Below are positions 1 to 12,269 of a stretch of DNA of 61,940 nt, one piece after another. A model generated the notes under the pieces. That model did not search any database, was not told the DNA's origin, and saw only the letters and a program-made list of their open reading frames with translations. The DNA comes from Octopus bimaculoides. Lineage: Eukaryota. Location of the stretch: positions 132,418,772 through 132,480,711 of the forward strand of contig NC_068982.1 in the NCBI RefSeq assembly GCF_001194135.2, read 5' to 3'. Numbering within the stretch: the stretch's first letter is position 1; every line of letters starts with the position of its first letter. Made by a program: the position numbers and the translations under genes.

Positions 1-337
1 GGGAATGACAGCAAAACGGGCTGATTACTACCTAGATCAGATTCCAGGAAACCCCAAAATGGCTGAAGTTCAAAAAATAGTGCTCATGGGAACTGCCCAT
101 ATCCTACGTAAAATACTGTCTATGTGATCTCAAATTTTAAAGCAAACACATAATTTTCTTATGGTTTCTTAAACATTCACTTGAACAAAACTGTACAAAT
201 CCAAATATATGGTACCCTAGGCATAACACCTACATGAACTTCTAACTTGTTGTCTCTTGAGGTCTCTGGGTGAGACTTGGATCCAACTTGTACAAATGTA
301 AAACAAAAGTCAAACATAAAATAATAATAATAATAAT
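1..337 (+). mobile_element. 3' end of an RLE-type (R4/Dong-like) non-LTR retrotransposon with (AAT)n tail
   Basis: 2-127 translates GMTAKRADYYLDQIPGNPKMAEVQKIVLMGTAHILRKILSM*, the typical 'QK.vLlGTAhILRK' C-terminus. A 3' UTR follows, then (AAT)n at ~319-337. Confidence 0.8.
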
Positions 338-1320
338 CCTTTCTACTAAAGGCACAAGGCTTGAAATTTGGCAAGAGGGGGTTAGTCAATAAAATAACCC
401 CCCCATACATAACTGGTACTTATTTCGAGGGGCAAAGTTAGCCTCGACAGAATTATAATAATAATAATGATTTCTTCATAAAGATTATTATTCAAAAGGT
501 TTACATCATTAACAATAACAATAATAAAAATAGTGAGTGGCTGTGTGGTAAGTAGCTTGCATACCAACCACATGGTTCCGGGTTCAGTCCTACTGTGTGG
601 CACCTTGGGCAAGTGTCTTCTACTATAGGCTCGGGCCGACCAAACCCCTGTCTGGGTTAGCAAGTATTTCAGCAGTATCTTGCTCAAGAGCACAACACAT
701 AACCTGGTCCAGCAATTGAACTCACAACCTCAAGATTGTTAATCTGATGCTCTAACCTCTGAGACACGTACCTTCACACCACCACACACATACACACTCA
801 CACAATCATATAATTGGATGGCTATTGTATGTATGTATGTATGTACATACATGAATAAAAGAGTTTACTTGTGAGATCCAAAATAATAACTATTTTACTT
901 AAATTTCTTAGATGAATTTTCTTTATAATTTAAATGATGACATTTCCTTATTTCTTATCTTGGTTATAACTGTCTAATCAAATATATCACAATATTAAAG
1001 CTACATTGAAAATATCAAAAGCAATATTCTTTTATTTCCATTCTAAAAATTACATTAGTTTTTATCAAGTTACACAATTTGTCAGTACCAGTTCTTGGGT
1101 TCTATGACTTTTGTCAATGTAAGTAACATAGTGGAATCTCTCTAGAAGTGTTTTACATACGCACACAAACACACACATTTACACATAGATATAGTGATAG
1201 ATAGACAGATAGATAGATGGAGAGAGAGAGAGAGAGATACAAATAGGCAAACATTTTGTTTTATGGATGGTGCTTTCTTTGCATGTGTGAAACATTACAC
1301 ATGTGCACACACACATGCAC

Positions 1321-1351
<31 letters not shown>

Positions 1352-1734
1352 TTTACATGCTTACACGTAATTACATGATCACAACAGAAGAGTTTGCACT
1401 GAGCGACCCAGATATCTGACTCTTTACCTAAAAAAAGAACCAGATACCTGATTATGTTATTGTGAAATGCTTTTTAAAGAATACCTCGGTAGATTTTCCT
1501 CTCATGTCTTGATTCACTACCTTCTACCAGAATAGCACATCTTCCAGCATATTTCTCATAAATGATCATAATTATTGATTTCTAACATAGGAACAAGCCC
1601 ACGCAGATTAGCAGGAGGGAACAGTTCAATACACCGGCTCCAGTTCTTGACTAGTAAAATAAAATGCATCTTCCATTGATTTTGTTGACAAGCATTACAG
1701 CTATTTAATCAACTGAACCACCTTTTCATTGATT

Positions 1735-2231
1735 ACTCATTTGCTTGTTTCAATCATTTTGACTGTGGCCATGTTGGAACACCGGCTTTTAGTTTAAGAA
1801 ATCGACTTATTCTTTGTAAGCCTGGTACTTATTCTATCAGTCCCTTTTTCTGAATCGCTAAGTTATGGGAACATAAACACACCAAGATCAGTTGTCAAGC
1901 AATAGTGGAGGGACAAATACTGACACAAACACACAAATATATGCATATATATATGTATATGTATATATATATATACATATACATATATATATAAATATAT
2001 ATATANNNNNNNNNNNNNNNNNNNNNNNNNNNNNNNNNNNNNNNNNNNNNNNNNNNNNNNNNNNNNNNNNNNNNNNNNNNNNNNNNNNNNNNNNNNNNNN
2101 NNNNNNNNNNNNNNNNNNNNNNNNNNNNNNNNNNNNNNNNNNNNNNNNNNNNNNNNNNNNNNNNNNNNNNNNNNNNNNNNNNNNNNNNNNNNNNNNNNNN
2201 NNNNNNNNNNNNNNNNNNNNNNNNNNNNNNN

Positions 2232-2268
<37 letters not shown>

Positions 2269-2383
2269 GGTCAGCCTGAGGCTATAGTAGAAGACACTTA
2301 CCCAAGGTGCCATGCCGTGGGACTGAACCCGGTACCATGTGGTTGGGAAGCAAGCTTCTTACCACATGGCCAGGCCTGCGCCT
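1735..2383 (-). mobile_element. SINE family A (tRNA-like head, CORE-like CCTTGGGCAAGTG, internal microsatellite, conserved tail), interrupted by a gap
   Basis: Reverse complement of the complete copy at 42676-43134. Further head or tail fragments at ~535-650, 3100-3270, 17000-17130, 36840-36990, 43840-43940. Confidence 0.8.
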
Positions 2384-4456
2384 ATAATAGAGATTATTGA
2401 ATTATGGAGTAATTGGCTGAACATTCCACAGACATTTATTTATGGTCTTAACCCTCAAATAAACTCAGCCTAACACTAAATGTGACATGACTGGTCCTTA
2501 GAATTACAGTAACCAAGTTTCTATACAGTTTTTGACTGCTTTTATTTCACTCAAGGTATTGATCAATATGAGACTATGGTGAAAAATGTTTACCCAAGGT
2601 ACCACTCAATGGGACTGAACCCAGGACTTTATCATTGTGAAGCAAATGTCTTAACTCATGCCTGGTAGTTATTGTATTGATTCTAAAGAATAAAAAGCAA
2701 AAATGACCTAAGTTGGATTTGAACTCAAACAGTAAAGGAGAGCAACTAAATATGATACAACATTTTGTCCAATGATCCACCCAGTTAGAACCATCTCTGT
2801 CATCACTTAATGTTCACTTTCCAATGCTTTCATAGGTCAGACAGTATTTTTTTTCCAACTGGATGCCCTTCCTGTTACCAACCTTCACCTGTTTCCAAGA
2901 AAGGTAATACTTCCCATTGCCCTGACATATTTTCATAGAATATTAGAAAGGAATAACACTGCTTGTGTAGTGGTGAGACTCATTTACAACTATCACATGA
3001 TATCAAGACAAGGGTGCATGCAAACACACACATGCATATGTCTATACACACACACACACATGCACGCATGCACACTCATGCATGTACATACATACACATA
3101 TACACAATGAGTTTCTTTCAGTTTCTCTCAACTAAATCCACTGATAAGATATTGTAAGCCCATGGTTATAGTAGAAAGCATTTGCCCAAGGTGCTGCACA
3201 GTGGGACTGAACCCAAGATGATATAGTTGGGAAACAAGCCTCTTAACCACATAGCCACATCTGCATCTCTAAATTTTTACAGTGTAATTGAGTTGACCAT
3301 TACATTTTAATAAAGTTAATGAGAGAGCACACACATGGTCATTTAATATATTAGAAAAAGAAACCATATCTTCCTCAAATTATATCTACCAACTTCAAAA
3401 AGAAAAAAAACATCAAATTACATAAACTGTGAAAATCTGACAGGATAATCATAATCACATAGGGAACACTTCTGTCTATTAGACTGCTGGATCAGATCTG
3501 ACCTGGGGCTAAAAATTATTTGAAAAAGCATTTAATTTTTTCTTGAATAACCACAAGAGGGAAAAGTAAGTTTGATTCAACTGGAAACTGAACTCAGAAG
3601 TGAAAATAATTCTAATTTTAGCATAAGGCCAGAAATTTTGATGGGAGGGAAAGAAATCAATTATTTATTTTATCAACCCCTAAAGAATGAAAAGCAGAGT
3701 TTACCTCAGCAACATTTGCACTCATAATGTAAATATCTGAGAGAAATGCCTCTAAGCATTNNNNNNNNNNNNNNNNNNNNNNNNNNNNNNNNNNNNNNNN
3801 NNNNNNNNNNNNNNNNNNNNNNNNNNNNNNNNNNNNNNNNNNNNNNNNNNNNNNNNNNNNNNNNNNNNNNNNNNNNNNNNNNNNNNNNNNNNNNNNNNNN
3901 NNNNNNNNNNNNNNNNNNNNNNNNNNNNNNNNNNNNNNNNNNNNNNNNNNNNNNNNNNNNNNNNNNNNNNNNNNNNNNNNNNNNNNNNNNNNNNNNNNNN
4001 NNNNNNNNNNNNNNNNNNNNNNNNNNNNNNNNNNNNNNNNNNNNNNNNNNNNNNNNNNNNNNNNNNNNNNNNNNNNNNNNNNNNNNNNNNNNNNNNNNNN
4101 NNNNNNNNNNNNNNNNNNNNNNNNNNNNNNNNNNNNNNNNNNNNNNNNNNNNNNNNNNNNNNNNNNNNNNNNNNNNNNNNNNNNNNNNNNNNNNNNNNNN
4201 NNNNNNNNNNNNNNNNNNNNNNNNNNNNNNNNNNNNNNNNNNNNNNNNNNNNNNNNNNNNNNNNNNNNNNNNNNNNNNNNNNNNNNNNNNNNNNNNNNNN
4301 NNNNNNNNNNNNNNNNNNNNNNNNNNNNNNNNNNNNNNNNNNNNNNNNNNNNNNNNNNNNNNNNNNNNNNNNNNNNNNNNNNNNNNNNNNNNNNNNNNNN
4401 NNNNNNNNNNNNNNNNNNNNNNNNNNNNNNNNNNNNNNNNNNNNNNNNNNNNNNNN

Positions 4457-4780
4457 AAATAATTAAAACATAGGGTAAAAATCAGATATTAATTAATATC
4501 GATTTATTACCAGGAAGCTAGCACATTGAAAGAATCCGAGAGATTCAGAAAAAATATCTGAGATCTTAGGGGATTAAGGTATATTTTTATATATGGGAGA
4601 ATATACAAACAATAACAACAGACGAGGACAGGTGGTGTAAATAACAAAAGTATATATTAGTATGACGCTCGGGAATACGGAAAGTCTTTGACGTTTCGAG
4701 CTACGCTCTTCAACAGAAAGAATACGGAGACAAGGAGAAAAACATGGAGAAAAAAAATTGAATAGTGTTCAGTCAATGGT
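4457..4780 (-). mobile_element. Penelope-like (pLTR-type) terminal fragment
   Basis: Carries a hammerhead-like motif (4685-4721) and is homologous to ~30930-31020 on the plus strand. Family call rests on the motif only. Confidence 0.55.
4685..4721 (-). ncRNA. Minimal type I hammerhead-like fold with A6U core variant
   Basis: Minus strand reads tcttt-CTGTTGA-a-gagc(gta)gctc-GAA-ACGT-C-aaaga: perfect 5-bp stem I, 4-bp stem II, palindromic ACGT stem III, GUC triplet. Confidence 0.6.
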
Positions 4781-4843
4781 CAATCATATATTTTTATATA
4801 TATAATGTTGACCAGTAAAGTGGTCAATATATAATGTTGATCA

Positions 4844-4882
<39 letters not shown>

Positions 4883-5174
4883 ACTCTCCTGTCGTTAGAC
4901 AACATATGAGGGTTCAACAATTTCTTACTGAGCAAACACACAGATGATTTGTTTATAGTGATCAAATGTTTGTGTCGACACAAGCTCACTCCCTCTATCA
5001 GATTGACATTACCTGGGCAGGTGCCACATGCCAGATGTCAAAATGATCACAGAGCAACATGAAATGAAATGCTTTGCTCAAGAACACAACACAATGCCAG
5101 GTCTGGGAATTGAACTCACGATCTCGCATTCATGAGTGCAACACTTTAACCACTAAGCCATGCTTAGTGGTTAA

Positions 5175-5495
5175 TAGGAGCACTCCATCGGTTGCAATGA
5201 CGAGGGTCTCAGCTGATACAATCAACAGAACAGCTTGCTTGTGAAATTAACGTGCAGGTGGCTGAGCACTCCACAGACACATGTACCCATAACATAGTTC
5301 TTAGGGAGATTCAGCGTGACACAGAGTGTGACAATCCCTTTGAAATACAGGTACTACTCATTTTTGCCAGCTGAGTGGACTCGAGCAACATGAAATAAAG
5401 TGTCTTGCTCAAGGACACAATACATTGCCAGGAATTGAACTCATGACTTTACAATCGTGAGCTGAATGCCCTAACCACTAAGCCATGCACCTTCA
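5175..5495 (-). mobile_element. SINE family F (tRNA-like head, GTGTCCTTGAGCAAGACACT / GTCCACTCAGCTGGCAAAAA body) with 12-bp TSD
   Basis: Flanked by cttagtggttaa at 5163-5174 and 5496-5507. Homologous to 29443-29758 (+) and ~38680-38990 (-). Confidence 0.8.
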
Positions 5496-5518
5496 CTTAG
5501 TGGTTAACATTTATGTAA

Positions 5519-5559
<41 letters not shown>

Positions 5560-5590
5560 CAGATAGATAGATAGATAGATAGATAGATAA

Positions 5591-5639
<49 letters not shown>

Positions 5640-6126
5640 TAGATAGAGAGAGAGAGTGATTCAACATTATCAACACACTTCCTGACAAAAATGCATTATC
5701 AAGCAGAATCTATTAATATTTCTAACTATTGTACTTGTTTTCATCAATCAATATTTTAAAATAGAACTTTCTATTTAAATGACTTTCACTTCTTCCCATC
5801 ACATCTGATTCAATACTCTTGTCTTTCTGACTTCTTCCTTCCTTTTTACAATACTAGTATTAACTATTTATTAGATTACATCCACCTCCACCAAGTAAAC
5901 AAAAAAAAAAACACTAACACAAACAATAGTAATATAAACAAGAATGCAAAAATAAGGAGAGAAGATAGGAAACAAGAATTTTTACAAAAAAAAAAAAAAA
6001 CTGTTGGCATTTTTTTCCAACATAACTAGAACCCAACCAGTTAAAACTGGATGGAAATATCAATGCTTATCTATCTATCTATCTATCTGTCTATCTGTCT
6101 CTTTGTATGTATGTATGTATGTATGT

Positions 6127-6239
6127 GTGGAAGCGCAATGGCCCAGTGGTTAGGGCAGCGGACTCACAGTCGTAGGATCGCAGTTTCGATTCTCAGACCG
6201 GGCGTTGTGAGTGTTTATTGAGCGAAAACACCTAAAGCT
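6127..6239 (+). mobile_element. SINE family C head (3'-truncated)
   Basis: A-box-like TGGCCCAGTGG and B-box-like GTTTCGATTC; matches the heads at 13139 and 45613. Confidence 0.8.
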
Positions 6240-6332
6240 GTATTTTAGAGAGTATGTTAACTGGTTACCTGCCCAGTAGCAAGGCTCTAAAGAAAACGGC
6301 CTTGATCTTTCCATCATTATTCACACAACGAT

Positions 6333-6443
6333 TCATTCTTTAAATTTAATTGACTGGATTTGCAAACTCTCCACCAATTGTTCATAGACGTTTGCTTTCT
6401 CTTGCATTTTCTTAATGTCAAGTGGACATCTAATTTCTACAAC
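6333..6443 (-). pseudogene. RLE-LINE fragment (same type as 32894-33181)
   Basis: VVEIRCPLDIKKMQEKANVYEQLVESLQ aligns by eye to EVSCPADINISLKIKEIEDIYGQLLQNL. Confidence 0.5.
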
Positions 6444-7654
6444 GGGGCATATTTTTATTTTGTGGAGCCAAACAATACCAGGCCAACTGTGTTTTAATTT
6501 CATTACTGTTATTTTTAGTTATAGTCCTCTGGCTCATCCATTCCTGTTGGATCTTCCAACCAATGCCAGCATGGAAAACAGACATTAAACAATACAGTTT
6601 CTTCTTCTTCTTCTTCTGCTGCTGCTGCTGCTACTACTGTTGATGATGATGATGATGATGACGATGACGATGACGACGACGACGACGACGATGACGATTA
6701 CAACAATGACAATAATGATGACAACCAATATTTCTTTTAATTAATCAATCACAATATTTTTCCTCGCTATTTGTTGTTATAATTTTCTTAATCTATTAAA
6801 AACCATTCTGGTCGACTACATCATCTCTCATGGGAAAATAGCATTTTCATGAATGTAACTGAAAAATTAGCCACGATTTGAACTATAAACTCACTACAGA
6901 AATTTTCTCAGCATTTTCACCAACTTCTCTTCTTAATATTTATTGCCTTTAAAGTAAATAAGGTGGCAGAATCGTTTGCTTGCTGAGCAAAATGTTTAGC
7001 AGTATTTTGTTCACCTGTATGTTCTAAGTTAAAATACTGCTGAGATCGACTTTACCTTTCATTCTTTCGAGGTCAATAAAAGAAGTACCATTTGAGCACT
7101 GGGGTCAATGAAATTAATTAAAGTTCTCAAAATTGCTGGCCTTGGACCAATATTTGAAACCAATATCTATTTCCTTTATTATAGAAACAAGTAAAGTTGA
7201 TTTGTTTTGTATTTCCAAACTTCATCAAACAAACAGTAATGTCCATTTGACATTTATTACCCCAACCATTCATTTTTCTATCTACTATTCCTGAGAGAGT
7301 TCTTGAGGTAGAACCCTTGAGTACCTTGTCCACAGGATCCTATCAGAAGCAACTGTTATTACACTTTCCTGCAGGATTCTCAAGTGCTTCTTACTCTTGT
7401 AGCATCATAATTCACTTTGTTAACTTCAACTATATGAACAGCTAACTGAAGTGTCATCCACCACTTGTAGCCTAGTTTTTTTTTTATAGAGAAAGACTAA
7501 CAGAGACAAGGGAAAGCCTAACTCTTGGCTTTCAACTTGTAGCTGAAAGCTAACAGTGTAAGAATCAAACCTCAAGCATGACATCAGCAACAGAGATGAG
7601 AAATCATCAAAGTATTTGCAATGACATGACCAGCAAGGCACACACATACATGCA

Positions 7655-7699
<45 letters not shown>

Positions 7700-9436
7700 A
7701 GCAATCAGAAGAAAAAAAACACGAACTCCTATGTGATATTTATTTCTTCCCTTTTCTGTATGTATGGCCAATCATACCTGACATTTTTATTCTGTCCAAA
7801 ACGTTTGTAGCTCTCATGTAAAAGCTGTTCAGTCAAGCTGTTCCTGGTTTAGTCTTTGTTGGGGAAGGGCTCAAGTTTTCATAACTTAACACCAAACACA
7901 CACATTTCAAGCTCACCAATTTTTGTTTCTGTCTGTGAACAAAACAAAATGGTCAATGAGATATAATTGCTTTTTGTTTTTGATTTTGTGGTTAATTCTT
8001 GGCCTGTACAGCTTCAAGTCATCCAGAAAGAAATGATGAAAGATGTTTTTGGAGTCACTTGTATAACTACTCTGTTCTGTGAACAAAAGGACAAGGTGTA
8101 ATACTTGACATGCTGCCTACAGGACATATGTACGAATGAATGAACGTATGTATATAAGTGTGTGACATGTGTGCGTGTGCATGTGTGTGTGCATGTTCGT
8201 GTGTGTGTGTGTGTGTGTGTGTGAGGTATAGTGACTGTGAAGCAAAAATATTTTCCCTAACAGCTTTTAAGAAACACTGAAGTTGATAGAATTCTTGGTG
8301 ACAGGTGCTTGTCTGTTGTTTATATGACATTTCATTTATATTCATTTTTCTCCCTAAAGCATCCAACCTGTTGTCAATTTAGTTTGAAATGTAAAGATAG
8401 AAGAATTGATACATCAAATCATTACAATGACTTACTATTTCATGCAGTCACTCAAAAACTGATGTCTTTTAATATCTGAGGTGAGCCTTTACACAACACT
8501 ATGATTAAGTATTTGAAAACTTTGACAGAATACTAAAGTAAGCTGTTTCAAATTAACCTCTGTCAATTCTACACTTCCTGTGAGTTCCATCAACCATTGG
8601 TATATTAGAAAAGATAAGCATCTTTGTGTAGTGTATCTTGTAAATATCATCTTGCTGTGTATGACAATAAATGACATACTGGCTGATTCATTGGAACAGT
8701 GATGCTCAATTTTTTTTGTAGCATGGATTGGTTTCATACAAGATAATTTTTCCATGCATTGGGGAATCATGCACATAAGAAAACACAATAAAGTGTATAA
8801 TATATGTGAAGGCATGTAGCTTAGAGTATTTGGCTTATGACTCCTCCCATGTGATGTCCTTGGTCAGTGTTGATGATGATGGACAAACTAATGCTATATC
8901 TAGGGAAGAGCTAACTGTTCAATCTTACAATAGTAGGGAAAAAAATAATAATGGCAACAGATTAATATTGACGAAGAATTGTTTTAAAATGATTAATAAT
9001 TGAAATCATCATTTCATAGTTTTTATTAAAAAAAAAATTCAAATCCACAAATGGTGCTGACAGTGGCAGTCATAAAGGTGGTGGTGGTGGTAGGGGGATG
9101 TCATTGGAGGAGAAGGAAACATTAAAAAGAAAAGCAATAAATTGTAAAAAATTACACTTAAGTAAGAAAAGGGAGGATGTTGAATATAGTAAGTGGAGAT
9201 ATGTGAATACATGATTAATTAACAATGATAAACAAAGCCAATAGTCTTGTTATCTCCCACCCACCCCTGCATCCAGACACACCCTGCCATGTTTAATTTC
9301 TCGGTAATAAATCCTAGTTAATCTTCTTAAAAAGCAAAATCTTAAGTAATTACCATGATAGAGAGAGAGAGAGAGGGAGAGAGAGATTTGATGAAGTGTG
9401 ATGGAACTGTGTTGCTGATTTAGTTTCTTTTAACCT

Positions 9437-9519
<83 letters not shown>

Positions 9520-9730
9520 GNNNNNNNNNNNNNNNNNNNNNNNNNNNNNNNNNNNNNNNNNNNNNNNNNNNNNNNNNNNNNNNNNNNNNNNNNNNNNNNN
9601 NNNNNNNNNNNNNNNNNNNNNNNNNNNNNNNNNNNNNNNNNNNNNNNNNNNNNNNNNNNNNNNNNNNNNNNNNNNNNNNNNNNNNNNNNNNTGGTGGTGG
9701 TGGTGGTGGTGGTGGTGATGGTGGTGGTGG
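9437..9730 (+). repeat. (GTT)n then (GGT)n microsatellites either side of a gap
   Basis: Direct reading: 9437-9520 and 9692-9730. Confidence 0.95.
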
Positions 9731-10187
9731 TTTTCTTTTATTTTCAAATTTGATTCAATTTGTTTTATAGAATATAAATTGTTTGTATTGAGTTTTCTGT
9801 CTCCTTATTAATGTTTCATTCATTCATTCTTTCTTTCTTTTTTCTTTCTTTCTTTTTCCCCTTCTTTCTTTCTTTCTTTATTTTCTATTAGCTACTATTT
9901 GTTACATTTATAAGAATTATCAGGACAGGATTTTGAGATTTTCAGACTATGAATTGCATCTTTGTGTGCTTCTATGTTTCTACACTTTATTTTTATGAGT
10001 CTATTATTTTATTATCATCATGTGATCTTGTCTGAAATACATACTCAAAAGTAAGCATCTTCCACTCTCTTCCTTTCAATTTCTTCCTCATATAAAACAA
10101 ACAATATATATAATGAAGGGTTTTTGATATAGTTTCTACCATTAGCAATACCTTGTGTATAAGACCAAGTCACTTAACTCTCAAGCC

Positions 10188-10685
10188 CAGTGGTTCTTAA
10201 TCCTTTTTTACCTATGGACCCCTTTGATTACACTTTGCTCTACTGGGCCCTCATAGCCATTTGATGTTTAAAAATTCTTGTTATATTTTTATAATTAAAT
10301 ATTATTAGAAATTATATTTTAAAAAATTGTTAAAATATTTTATGTATTGTAGAAGAATAACTGATCTAAGGCGGCGAGCTGGCAGAAACGTTAGCACGCT
10401 GAGCGAATTGCTTAGCGGTATTTCGTCTGCTGTTACGTTCTGAGTTCAAATTCCGCCGAGGTCAACTTTGCCTTTCATCCTTTTGGGGTCGGTAAATTAA
10501 GTACCAGTTATGCACTGGGGTTAATGTAATAGACCTAACCCCTTTGTCTGTCCTTGTTTGTCCCCTCTATGTTTAGCCCCTTGTGGACAATAAAGAAATA
10601 ATAACCGATCTATTACACAAGAATTTTAACAACAAAATCTCACATGGCCGCCCAGGGTCAAACGGACCTTGGGTAAGAACCACTG
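10188..10685. mobile_element. hAT/Charlie-like MITE carrying a nested SINE
   Basis: Termini CAGTGGTTCTTAATCC and GGGTAAGAACCACTG; the 8-bp TSD is not recognisable. Confidence 0.6.
10369..10599 (+). mobile_element. SINE family B (AGGCGGCGAGCTGGCAG head, GAGTTCAAATTCC B-box), full length with 13-bp TSD
   Basis: TSD aataactgatcta (10356-10368) / aataaccgatcta (10600-10612). Other copies at ~6955-7130, 20250-20425, 22580-22796, 27240-27450, 30230-30410, 44930-45285, 48848-49076, 56660-56870. Confidence 0.88.
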
Positions 10686-10924
10686 TGATAGCTTGTGTAT
10701 CCATAATTATGTATTAAGGAATGGTATAGTTCACATCAAAACACCTTAAGAACTTTGTCAAAAGTAATATTTGTGACATCATCAGTAAAGCCTTGTTCTA
10801 TTTCAAGTTGGAGAACCTACCTAAATTGTCTGCTTATGGTCTCCACGTGCTTTTCATTTCATGGATTGGAAACTTATTGTTCTATTTTAAGAGATGAGGA
10901 ATTATGTACATTATTTACATTCAA

Positions 10925-11113
10925 TGGATATTTTTCCTCATCTTGTTTGTTGTTAGCACAACGTTTCGGCTGATATACCCTCCAGCCTTCTTCAGGTGTC
11001 TTGGGGAATTTTCGAACCTGGGTTCTCATTCCTAAGGTATTCTTCAATGTTGTTATTATTATTGTTATTGTTCAGGTCACTGCTTAGAATCGAACTCGGA
11101 ATCTTGGGGTTAT
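10925..11113 (-). mobile_element. Short element with a B-box-like 5' part and a Penelope-like tail
   Basis: Minus strand: ...ccgAGTTCGATTCta... then (AAT/AAC)n spacer, then the hammerhead-like motif. The A-box is not visible in this copy. Confidence 0.5.
10955..11000 (-). ncRNA. Minimal type I hammerhead-like fold with canonical core
   Basis: gacac-CTGAAGA-a-ggctg(gagggtatat)cagcc-GAA-ACGT-T-gtgct: 5-bp stem II, ACGT palindrome, GUU triplet, stem I 4/5 paired. Confidence 0.62.
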
Positions 11114-11114
11114 G

Positions 11115-11272
11115 GCCAGTCATAGAGTGACTACACGTTTCCTATCCACAAAGTGCTCAGCCTTATAGAAGACTCATCAGATTCCAATAGTCATGAACAT
11201 ATGTATGTTTGACAAGTCATCTATAAGGCTGACCCCTTTATGGATAGGAAACTTGTAGTCACACTATGACCA
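11115..11272. repeat. Imperfect ~52-bp inverted repeats, MITE-like
   Basis: The reverse complement of 11115-11168 (tctataaggctgagcactttgtggataggaaacgtgtagtcac) matches 11220-11272 (tctataaggctgacccctttatggataggaaacttgtagtcac). Confidence 0.6.
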
Positions 11273-11353
11273 GACATATAATTATCTTCTTGTAAACACA
11301 TTATTACTCTGAAATTTAGAGCATGCTTCATTTTCAGATATGCAATCCACTGA

Positions 11354-11410
<57 letters not shown>

Positions 11411-12269
11411 TGCATATATATGTATATGCATATGTATACATATTCACATACACACATGTACATGCATATCTAAATTCTTCCATATTCTCTTTCACTGAAC
11501 TTACAAATAGCTCACTAAAGAATTGTGACATCTATCAACATCTGCACTCAAGTGCACTTTTGATTATAGGATTAAAAGATATTAACAGGACAATCGATGA
11601 GGCAGGAAAGCAAATGTAATGGATGTCAAAGAATATGTATAAGCAGCCATGTCTCACTTGTCACTAATAATGATTTCAAACATTAGGAACAAGGCCAATT
11701 TTGAAATAAGAACACAACATGGTATTATATTTGTATTGATATGGGAAAATAAAAGGGTAAAAATAGGGAAAATGTAGTGTTCACAAACGCAAAAAGAACA
11801 GTAATTCCAAACTAAAACACTGATACCAGAATGAGGTGACTAGACATGAGTGTTTGGACATTGACAGTTTGGACATTCAGCCTGTTTTGGTGACACATGT
11901 TTTGACACTGAAGGTAAATGCACACACACACACACATACACAACACAGAAATATACACATACAAATAGAGAGAGTGAGAGAGTTTACACATACAGACATA
12001 ATTGGATGCCCACACAAATAAACAGAGAGAGAGAGAGAGGCAGATAGACAGATAGATAGATAAATATATAGATAGATAGAGAGACAGAGATAGATAGATA
12101 GACAGAGAGAGATGGTGGTGGTGGTAGTTTTGATGTTGTTGTTGTTGGTGGTGGTGATAATGGTGATGATGATGATGATGATGATGATTATGAAGAGGAG
12201 GATGATTGAAAATCTAAGATGATTTTTATGAGGACTTTGATATCCAAACCAGAAGTGATAAATCTAAAC

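Noticed and set aside
1486-1590. Minus-strand open frame (YEKYAGRCAILVEG...) with a G|gtattc donor near the 63-nt candidate exon
   Set aside because: The acceptor falls in a repeat flank, the implied 57-nt intron is atypical and the peptide is unrecognised.
11125-11185. CTGATGA...GAAACGTGTA hammerhead-like string on the minus strand
   Set aside because: Stems I and II do not pair (G precedes GAAA in both arms); the string is part of the 11115-11272 inverted repeat.
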